DNA of 64,000 nucleotides from Verrucomicrobiota bacterium (GTDB lineage Bacteria; Verrucomicrobiota; Verrucomicrobiia; Limisphaerales; Palsa-1400): assembly GCA_049510745.1 (NCBI GenBank), contig JBEKYR010000006.1, positions 96,001 through 160,000 of the forward strand. Direction: 5' to 3'. A model generated the notes under the pieces. It was not told where the DNA came from, did not search any database, and worked only from the letters and a program-made list of their open reading frames with translations. Within the stretch, counting starts at the first letter, position 1. The number at the start of each line of letters is the position of its first letter. This document shows positions 56,717-64,000 of this stretch, piece after piece. The position numbers were made by a program, and so were the translations under genes.

Positions 56717-58906
56717 ATGAGCACGATAGCGTTGTCGCCCGAAGAATTAACCAAACTCATCGCTGACCTCAACCGTCTGGCCCACAACCTCTGGTGGACC
56801 TGGAACCAGGGGGCGCAGGAGATTTTCCAGGAACTCTCCCCCCGCTGCTGGCAAAACCTCTATCACAATGCCGTCGCCGTCCTGCGCGAAGTTTCCGATT
56901 ACGAGTTGCGCGTGCGCTTGCAGGACACGGAGTTCGCCTGCCGCGTGCGCCAGGTGTTGCGGGATTTCGATGCCTACATGACGGACAAGGACACCTGGGG
57001 CCGGCAAAACGTGCCCGCCCTCACCCAGCATCCGGTCGCCTATTTTTCCGCCGAGTTCGGTTTCCACGAGACCCTCCCCATCGCCGCCGGGGGCCTGGGC
57101 ATCCTGGCGGGCGACCACGCCAAATCGGCCAGCGACCTGGACATTGGCTTTATCGGCATCAGCCTCTTTTATCGGGAGGGTTATTTCCAGCAGCAGATCA
57201 ACCAGGACAACTGGCAAACCGAATTCTACACGCTGCTTAATCCGGACAACCTGCCCCTGGAACCGGTGCTCGACGCCAAGGGCCAGCCGCTGGTGTGCGC
57301 GGTGGAAATCGAGTTGACGGATGTTTACTTCCAGGTCTGGCGCGTCAACGTCGGCCGCGCGGTGGTTTATCTGCTGGACGCCAACCGCCCGGAAAACCCG
57401 CCGCATCACCGCGATTTGAGCCGGCGGGTATACGGCGGCGACAACACCATGCGGATTATGCAAGAGGTGCTCCTGGGCGTGGGGGGCGTGCGGCTGTTGC
57501 GGACCCTCGGAGTCCAGCCCTCGGTCTTCCACATGAACGAAGGGCACGCCGCGTTTCTGACCCTGGAATTGGTCCGCGAGAAACTCGCCGCCGGCCTCTC
57601 CTTCGCCGACGCGCTGGCCAAAACCCGCGAGCAGTGCATCTTCACCACCCACACCCCCGTCGAGGCGGGCCACGACCGGTTCAGCCGCGATTTGATGGGC
57701 TACGCGATGCGAAACCTGATGGGCCAGTTGAAAATCTCCCTCGATACGCTGATGGGTTTGGGCCGGATCAATCCGCGCGATGAAGCGGAGTCCTTCTGCA
57801 TGACTGTCCTGGGCTTGAAACTTTCCCGCGCCGCCAACGCCGTCAGCGAATTGCATGGGCGGGTCAGCCGCCAGATGTGGCGCCCGCTGTGGCCGGACAA
57901 ACCGGTGGACCAGGTGCCCATCGGCCATATCACCAACGGCATCCACCTGACCGGCTGGATGAAGGGGCCGGTGCGCAAATTCTGGCAGCGCAAACTCTCC
58001 GGGGCGGGGGCGCTGCCGGACCCGCTGGCCAGTGACTCGACCACTTTTTGGAAACACAGCCGCGGCGCTTCCCTGGAAAAGGAATTCAATTCGACCGAGT
58101 TCTGGGAAAAAATGGCCGATCCGGAGTTTCTTTCCGATGAAGAACTGTGGGCCTTGCGCTACAGGTTGCGGCGCGAGTTGATCGAATTTGCCCGCCGCCG
58201 CCTTGGCCAGCGCCTCACCCAATCGGACTTCATCGCTTTTGATCAATTGCTCCAGCCCGACGCCCTGACCATCGGCTTCGCCCGCCGCTTCGCCACCTAC
58301 AAACGCGCCCCGCTCATTTTCGATCAATTCGACAACATCGTCACCTTGATCCACGACCGCCGGCATCCGGTGCAGTTCATTTTCGCGGGCAAGGCCCATC
58401 CGCGCGACGACGACGGCAAACGGTACATCCAGCGCATTATTCATCTGAGCAAGTACAGCGAGCTGAAGGGCCACCTGGTTTTCATTGAAAACTACGACGT
58501 CCATGTCGCCCGCCAGATGGTTTCAGGCTGCGACATCTGGCTCAACAACCCGCGCCGTCCGCTGGAAGCCTCCGGCACCAGCGGTCAGAAAGCGGGCTGT
58601 CATGGCTGTTTGAATCTGAGCATCATGGACGGCTGGTGGCGCGAGGGATACGACGGCACCAACGGCTTTGCCATCGGCGGGGACAATCATCCCGCCTCGA
58701 TCGAAGAGCAAGACCGCCAGGACAGCGCCAACCTTTACCAGGTTTTGACCGAACAGGTCATCCCGACTTTTTACACTCGGGACGACCGCGGCATCCCCCG
58801 GCAATGGCTGCACATGATCCGCCGCGCCATGGTCACGCTGGTGCCCAAATACAACACCTGGCGCATGGTGCAGGAATACACCCGCAAATACTATGTGCCA
58901 AAATAG
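56717..58906 (+). CDS. glgP: Alpha-glucan (glycogen) phosphorylase
   Basis: AYFSAEFG, GGLGILAGD, HMNEGH, ARRFATYKR, EASGTSGQK. Confidence 0.95.
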   Translation: MSTIALSPEELTKLIADLNRLAHNLWWTWNQGAQEIFQELSPRCWQNLYHNAVAVLREVSDYELRVRLQDTEFACRVRQVLRDFDAYMTDKDTWGRQNVPALTQHPVAYFSAEFGFHETLPIAAGGLGILAGDHAKSASDLDIGFIGISLFYREGYFQQQINQDNWQTEFYTLLNPDNLPLEPVLDAKGQPLVCAVEIELTDVYFQVWRVNVGRAVVYLLDANRPENPPHHRDLSRRVYGGDNTMRIMQEVLLGVGGVRLLRTLGVQPSVFHMNEGHAAFLTLELVREKLAAGLSFADALAKTREQCIFTTHTPVEAGHDRFSRDLMGYAMRNLMGQLKISLDTLMGLGRINPRDEAESFCMTVLGLKLSRAANAVSELHGRVSRQMWRPLWPDKPVDQVPIGHITNGIHLTGWMKGPVRKFWQRKLSGAGALPDPLASDSTTFWKHSRGASLEKEFNSTEFWEKMADPEFLSDEELWALRYRLRRELIEFARRRLGQRLTQSDFIAFDQLLQPDALTIGFARRFATYKRAPLIFDQFDNIVTLIHDRRHPVQFIFAGKAHPRDDDGKRYIQRIIHLSKYSELKGHLVFIENYDVHVARQMVSGCDIWLNNPRRPLEASGTSGQKAGCHGCLNLSIMDGWWREGYDGTNGFAIGGDNHPASIEEQDRQDSANLYQVLTEQVIPTFYTRDDRGIPRQWLHMIRRAMVTLVPKYNTWRMVQEYTRKYYVPK

Positions 58907-59019
58907 TGAGCGCGGTCGGGGTTTCGCTCGCTTTTACGGCGCGAACCGGGAGCGAAACCGGGCCAGGTGTTGTAGGCGTACTTCCAGAGCGAGCCGTCTT
59001 CCATTAAGGGCCTTAAACT

Positions 59020-60582
59020 ATGTCCGCTAAAAAACAATTATTGTCCGACCATCGGCGCGATGGAAAGAAATTCATTCCACCAATGGCAGGGGTTACAGAA
59101 ATTCACTACATAGAACGAATTCTGCCCGAAATTGCTTGGCTTGATTATTTCATAAAGCACCTCGGTGCCAAAAAAGGCATTGAAACATTGGGGGTCTTCA
59201 TCGAGTCATGCTTTCAGCTTAAAGATTGGGGACGAAAGCCGGATTTTTCGCTCATATCGAATTATCAAATTCTAACCCCACCTGATTGGAAAGAGTTTCA
59301 AAAGGTTCTTAAAGACAAAGCCATCTTTTCCGATTGTTTGGATGCGCTCACCCCGTTTGTTTGCTGTTTTCCATCCGGCAATCCTTTCGTTAACCTGTTC
59401 TCTGATCCCAATATTCGGGTTCAAGCCGAATCTGAAGTTGAGCTGGCTCGCCAAGTGGTCTCACGTTTATTTGATCGCAGAAGCCCCGAAGCTACGCTTG
59501 TGCAATCGGTTCCCCTATGGATTGATATTAAAGTCGGCAAGTATCATGTCCTGCCGGACTACGCATTTATCGACTTCAAAACCATTTTCGGGAATTTCGA
59601 TTCACTGCCAGGGGACGAACTTTCAGCGCATGTTCGGATGCATGTGAACGGAAATTTCATGATCTGTCGTGACAGGCTCGGCGATACGTGGGCGAAATAT
59701 TTCTGGAACCGAGGCCGGGAACTTGCCCCTATCGTCACAAAAAACTCAAACCGTGAAATTGCCGATAAGGAAAAATTCCATCCGCTAATTCGTTTTGGGA
59801 TTGATTACGAAAGTTATGCCTGGAATGTGGTGGACGACATTTGGTCAAAACTTCCCCTTGATATTTATCAGAGCGAATTTTTTGAAGTCATCGGCGCTCT
59901 CATGGCCCGCCAATGCAATCTGGCCATCAAACTGGCGCAAAATCCTACCTTGTGGGATTACCATTCAGGCCCATTATTTTTGCGCGCAATGACAGACTGC
60001 TACATTACAGCAGCTTGGATTTGCAAAGACCGTATTGACCGAGCGCAGAAATTTATTCTTTTCGGTTTGGGGCAGGAAAAATTGCAAATCGAACACCTGA
60101 AAGCAGTGCTTGAGACGGTGCGGCCAGAAGACCGAGAGCTTTTGCAGGAAAGGATAAAAACTCAAGAAGCATGGCTCAATGCCCAGCACTATTCATTCCT
60201 TCAGCATGTCGATGTTGGCAGTTGGTCAGGTATTTCAACACGCGATATGGCCAAAGAAGCCGGATGTTTCGACCTGTATAATTTTGCCTACACGGGATGG
60301 AGTCACGCCGCGCATGGGACGTGGAATCATGTTGGGCGTTTTGACGCATTGCCCAGCCATGAACCATTGCACAAACATATTTGGCAACCCGCGAATGTAG
60401 AGCACGGCCAGCACATTGATGTTGTCGTGCAGGGCACGAAATATTTTGACGAGCTTTGCGTTTTGATTGTCGAAGAATTCAAATTGAAGATGGAAGGCCC
60501 GAATCCAAACGCTTGGCTCGAAGAAAGACTTAGCGAGATTTTCTCGGAAGCAGATCCCGGTCGTGTGAGGGGTCAAGCCTAA
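59020..60582 (+). CDS. Low-GC hypothetical protein with a DUF5677-like C-terminus
   Basis: PLFLRAMTDCYI..AWI, WSG.STRDMA.EAG...Y..AY...S...HGTW. Confidence 0.65.
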   Translation: MSAKKQLLSDHRRDGKKFIPPMAGVTEIHYIERILPEIAWLDYFIKHLGAKKGIETLGVFIESCFQLKDWGRKPDFSLISNYQILTPPDWKEFQKVLKDKAIFSDCLDALTPFVCCFPSGNPFVNLFSDPNIRVQAESEVELARQVVSRLFDRRSPEATLVQSVPLWIDIKVGKYHVLPDYAFIDFKTIFGNFDSLPGDELSAHVRMHVNGNFMICRDRLGDTWAKYFWNRGRELAPIVTKNSNREIADKEKFHPLIRFGIDYESYAWNVVDDIWSKLPLDIYQSEFFEVIGALMARQCNLAIKLAQNPTLWDYHSGPLFLRAMTDCYITAAWICKDRIDRAQKFILFGLGQEKLQIEHLKAVLETVRPEDRELLQERIKTQEAWLNAQHYSFLQHVDVGSWSGISTRDMAKEAGCFDLYNFAYTGWSHAAHGTWNHVGRFDALPSHEPLHKHIWQPANVEHGQHIDVVVQGTKYFDELCVLIVEEFKLKMEGPNPNAWLEERLSEIFSEADPGRVRGQA

Positions 60583-60798
60583 GTTTGGATTCCGCTGAAC
60601 AACCCAAAATGGTCAAAAAGGAACAGTTAAAAATACCACCAAACCAAAACAGGGGGGGTTCAGCCGAATCACTTTGGTTCATTTTGTCACCATGCGCGCC
60701 GACCCGTCGTAGCCATTATGACACTTATGAAGACCGTAAAGTGTTGCAAATATGATACTTACATCGGTTCCGCTTCGATGGGGAGAATACAAGATAAT

Positions 60799-60879
60799 AT
60801 TGTCATCGTCGGATTGCCGGATGCGGCGGTGAAGGAATCGCGCGACCGCGTCTCGACGGCGCTGACCAATTTCGGGTTC
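60799..60879 (+). pseudogene. comM: Internal fragment of comM/YifB
   Basis: IVIVGLPDAAVKESRDRVSTALTNFGF. Confidence 0.75.
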
Positions 60880-61162
60880 AATAGACTTCCTTATGCGAGC
60901 CGATGTTGATTAGGAGAAAAACTTCCGCGCCGGTTTGCGGATGTTTCTCTTTCGCAAAAACAATCCGGCAATCGTAACCGGCGGAACACGCGTGCAGTCC
61001 GGCCAGTCGGCCGCTCAAATGATGCGTCTTCAGGCGGGAATCATTGGGGTTTTCCGCCAGGCGCCGCAGAGTCGTCTCGATTTGCGGGTGCAGCATGGGG
61101 TTCTTCCTGATCAGGCGGCGAAAAGCCCGAGCAAACTTGGTCGTGGGAACAAGCTCGGCCAT
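60878..61162 (-). CDS. RelE/YafQ-family toxin
   Basis: LKTHHLSGRLAG, GYDCRIVF, IGSHKEVY. Confidence 0.88.
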   Translation of the reverse strand: MAELVPTTKFARAFRRLIRKNPMLHPQIETTLRRLAENPNDSRLKTHHLSGRLAGLHACSAGYDCRIVFAKEKHPQTGAEVFLLINIGSHKEVY

Positions 61163-61165
61163 GAC

Positions 61166-61384
61166 TCATTTGCTCTTGCGCAAGCTGGCGATGAGGCTTT
61201 CAGCCGACTGGCTTTTCAGTTTTCCGGAGCGAAAAGCTTTGATGGCCCTCTTGGCCTCCTCCGCCGTTTCTTGCCGCCACGTTTCGATACGACGCTGGCG
61301 CAACAGGCTTTCGAGCATTTCCTGCTCGTCCGCCGGCAACGCTGCGGCTTCGGTCAGGACGCGATCTAAAGTTAAAGCAGCCAT
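61166..61384 (-). CDS. Antitoxin
   Basis: 72 aa ORF 3 bp upstream of the toxin. Confidence 0.75.
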   Translation of the reverse strand: MAALTLDRVLTEAAALPADEQEMLESLLRQRRIETWRQETAEEAKRAIKAFRSGKLKSQSAESLIASLRKSK

Positions 61385-61662
61385 AGGTTCACTTCGTTGG
61401 TTTGAATTTCCACCCTTTGCCTGATATTGCCAAGTTATTTCGACAGGGTCGGCCCCGAAGCCCCGGAGTCTTGCCTTCCATGCGCCTCTTGTGTGGAGGG
61501 GGTAATTATACTCTTGATATTACCCGCCTGCGTGAGAAGGCAGGGTGCCCTTCCCCCCCCGCTTTTCCGGCCGGGGAGCCGAAAACCGCATTGCCCACGC
61601 GGGGGAACAAACAGGATTATTAGTTTGCCGACGCCGGGCCAAAGTTTTACCGTCCGTCTCCT

Positions 61663-63084
61663 GTGAATTACGAGGCTGTCATCGGGCTGGAAACGCACGT
61701 CCAGCTCAAAACGAAATCCAAGATGTGGTGCGGCTGCGCCAATGAGTTCGGCGCGCCGCCCAATACCCTCGTCTGCCCCGTTTGCCTCGGCTTGCCCGGC
61801 GTCCTGCCGGTCGCCAACGAGGAGGCCCTCCGCCTGACCGCCCTGACCGGCTTGCTCCTCAATTGCACCCTGCCCCCGGACGCGAAATTCGACCGGAAGA
61901 ATTACTTCTATCCGGACATGCCCAAGAATTACCAGATCACCCAATACGACAAGCCCTCGACCGTCAACGGCCACATCGACTTCGAGTTCGGCGGCGGCGT
62001 GGCGCGGGTCCGCATCACGCGCGCCCACCTGGAGGAGGACGTGGCCAAGAGTTTTCATTTTGACAGGAACAGCGGGGTCGATTTCAACCGCGCCGGCGTG
62101 CCGCTGCTGGAAATCGTTTCCGAGCCGGAAATCACCGGCGCGGACATGGCTTATGAATACCTCAACGCGCTCAAGGACGTTCTGATCTACGGCGGCGTGA
62201 GCGACGCGGACATGGAAAAGGGCATGGTCCGCTGCGACGTCAACGTCAGCGTCCGCCCTTGCGGGACGACGGCGCTGGGCAAGAAGATCGAAATCAAAAA
62301 CATGAACAGTTTCAGCGGCGTGCGGCGGGCGTTGGAGTATGAAATTCCCCGCCAGATCGGGGTCCTGCAAAAGGGGGGCCAGTTGACCCAGGAAACCCGC
62401 CGGTGGGACGACGCCGGCGGCATCACCGAAGCCATGCGGAGCAAGGAAATGGCGCACGATTACCGCTATTTCCCGGAGCCGGACCTGATGCCCTTCCAGC
62501 CCACGGCGGCATGGCTGGAGGAAATCCGGCGGCGCGTGGTCGAACTGCCGCTGGCCAAGAAGCAACGGCTCATGCGCAAGTATCAATTGCCCGCTTCGGA
62601 CGCGCAAACCTTCGTTTGGGACCGGGCGCTGGGCGATTACTTCGAGGCGCTGGCGCGCAAGGCGAAGAACCCCAAGGCGGCCGCCAACTGGATCATCAAC
62701 AACCTGCGCGCCCAACTGGCGGCCACGGGCGGAGCGCTGGCCGGGCTGAAATTCCCGCCTGAATATATACTTGACCTTGTGGAACTGGTGGAAAGCCGCA
62801 AGATCAGCAGCTCCGCCGCGCAGCTCGTTTTCGCGGAAATGTTCGCCGGCGGCGGGGCGCCGGGCGCGATTGTCGAGAAGAAAGGCCTGGCGCAAGTCAG
62901 CGACACCGGCGCGATCGAGAGCCTTTGCGACCAGGTCATCGCCGCTCATCCGGGGCCGGTGGCGGATTACAAATCGGGCAAGGCCGCGGCGCTGAATTTT
63001 CTCAAAGGCCAGGTGATGAAACTGAGCAAAGGCAAAGCCAACCCAAACCTGGCGGGCGAAATTCTGGAACGGAAGCTCAAGTAG
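61663..63084 (+). CDS. gatB: Asp/Glu-tRNA amidotransferase subunit B
   Basis: IGLETHVQL, FDRKNYFYPD, HLEED, DYRYFPEPDL. Confidence 0.97.
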   Translation: MNYEAVIGLETHVQLKTKSKMWCGCANEFGAPPNTLVCPVCLGLPGVLPVANEEALRLTALTGLLLNCTLPPDAKFDRKNYFYPDMPKNYQITQYDKPSTVNGHIDFEFGGGVARVRITRAHLEEDVAKSFHFDRNSGVDFNRAGVPLLEIVSEPEITGADMAYEYLNALKDVLIYGGVSDADMEKGMVRCDVNVSVRPCGTTALGKKIEIKNMNSFSGVRRALEYEIPRQIGVLQKGGQLTQETRRWDDAGGITEAMRSKEMAHDYRYFPEPDLMPFQPTAAWLEEIRRRVVELPLAKKQRLMRKYQLPASDAQTFVWDRALGDYFEALARKAKNPKAAANWIINNLRAQLAATGGALAGLKFPPEYILDLVELVESRKISSSAAQLVFAEMFAGGGAPGAIVEKKGLAQVSDTGAIESLCDQVIAAHPGPVADYKSGKAAALNFLKGQVMKLSKGKANPNLAGEILERKLK

Positions 63085-63094
63085 CGCTCGAAAT

Positions 63095-63499
63095 TCATTT
63101 CCGGGCGCGGAGAAGTTTGCGCAACCGCGCCGTCGTCTGCTCCCGATCCAGCGCGCCGGAGGCGACGTCCAGCGTCAACCGTTGCCACGCATCGGCGTCC
63201 AGTTTTTCCTCCGGCAGCAAGCCGTTCTCGCTCAGGAATACCAGACACGTCGCCAGCGCCGTCCGCTTGTTGCCATCCAGGAACGGATGATTGCAGCACA
63301 AATAGAAAAGATAGGCCGCGGCGATCTCCACCGGGTCGGAAAACAGCGGCGCCCCCATCATGGTCGCTTGCGGCGCTGCCACCGCTGACTCCAGCAGCGC
63401 ATGGTCGCGCAAGCCGGCCGAACCGCCGTGGGCCGCCAGCACCTCGGCGTGAATGGCGATCACCGCCGACACCGTGGGATGAACCAGCGAACCGCTCAT
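63095..63499 (-). CDS. doc: Doc (Fic) family toxin
   Basis: HPFLDGNKRTA. Confidence 0.92.
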   Translation of the reverse strand: MSGSLVHPTVSAVIAIHAEVLAAHGGSAGLRDHALLESAVAAPQATMMGAPLFSDPVEIAAAYLFYLCCNHPFLDGNKRTALATCLVFLSENGLLPEEKLDADAWQRLTLDVASGALDREQTTARLRKLLRARK

Positions 63500-63723
63500 G
63501 CCAGGCGCCGGAACAACTCGGAATTCTTGCGAATCAGGCGCCGCGCCGTGGCGGCGGCCTTTGTCGGTTCGATATTCCGGCGCAGAGGCGTCAGCGTGAT
63601 CACGCCCCCTTCATGCACCTCGACATTCACCTGGTCCCCCTTCTTCAAACGGGCCAGGTCCATCAGCGCCGCGTCGAAGATGATGCCGCTGGAATTGCCC
63701 ACTTTTGCAATGGTCTTCGTCAT
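63496..63723 (-). CDS. AbrB/MazE-type antitoxin
   Basis: KVGNSSGII; ATGA overlap with doc. Confidence 0.88.
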   Translation of the reverse strand: MTKTIAKVGNSSGIIFDAALMDLARLKKGDQVNVEVHEGGVITLTPLRRNIEPTKAAATARRLIRKNSELFRRLA

Positions 63724-63811
63724 TCCGTAATACTACGTTTTACGCCGCCGGATGTCAAACGCCCATTCATATTTTCAGGGTTTGGCGCGCAACCTGTCGC
63801 AAAGGGGCAAA

Positions 63812-63830
63812 TGGAGCGAGCGAAGGGATT
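63812..63830 (-). other. tRNA-Gly(GCC) 3'-end copy (att-like)
   Basis: TGGAGCGAGCGAAGGGATT, identical to 56470-56488. Confidence 0.65.
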
Positions 63831-63856
63831 TGATCCCATTGAAACTCTAATCTTCT

Positions 63857-64000
63857 TCACGGCGTTTTAAAGTTCCAGCGCGCCTTGTCGCTCTTGGGGT
63901 CGAACTTGGTCAGCGTCGGCGTGCTGAGGCCCGCCGCGGTCAGAGCCAGGGGCTCCTTGGAATTGGGCACAGCCTTGGGCATGATGCGGTAAGTGCCATC
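63857..64000 (-). CDS. C-terminus of a gene cut by the window edge (ricin-like carbohydrate-binding tail)
   Basis: DGTYRIMPKAVPNSKEPLAL...DKARWNFKTP*. Confidence 0.55.
   Translation of the reverse strand, partial: DGTYRIMPKAVPNSKEPLALTAAGLSTPTLTKFDPKSDKARWNFKTP

Overview
GC-rich bacterial DNA, probably Verrucomicrobiota (inferred from protein styles, not certain). Core genes (hpnH/hpnJ, glgP, gatB, pilT, tRNA-Ser(CGA), tRNA-Gly(GCC)) are interleaved with decayed accessory DNA. (1) A ~13.8 kb integrase-less island at tRNA-Ser (18-bp direct repeat at 7581/21353) carries a GH54 + VKOR-DsbA pair, an orphan type III-B cas10-cmr3-cmr4' remnant joined to a truncated VirD4-like gene, and a tRNA-Gly 3' fragment. 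(2) A Y1-HUH (RAYT-like) transposase is nested inside two pairs of 24-nt inverted repeats with stuttered flanks, next to Rhs fragments, an orphan membrane ORF and a cut IS481; this is the best candidate for an undescribed system. (3) Five copies of an 11-bp-periodic TTAAT-N6-TTCAT-N6-TTAAT box define a likely OmpR-family regulon (RND efflux, PilT, CBM48 protein, two CxxC/CxxCW paralogs). (4) A patatin-like islet sits at tRNA-Gly. (5) There are four toxin-antitoxin loci, two with amputated toxins, and several gene stubs (DUF62, comM, ECF sigma). No CRISPR array is visible. Family assignments come from motif recognition, not database searches.
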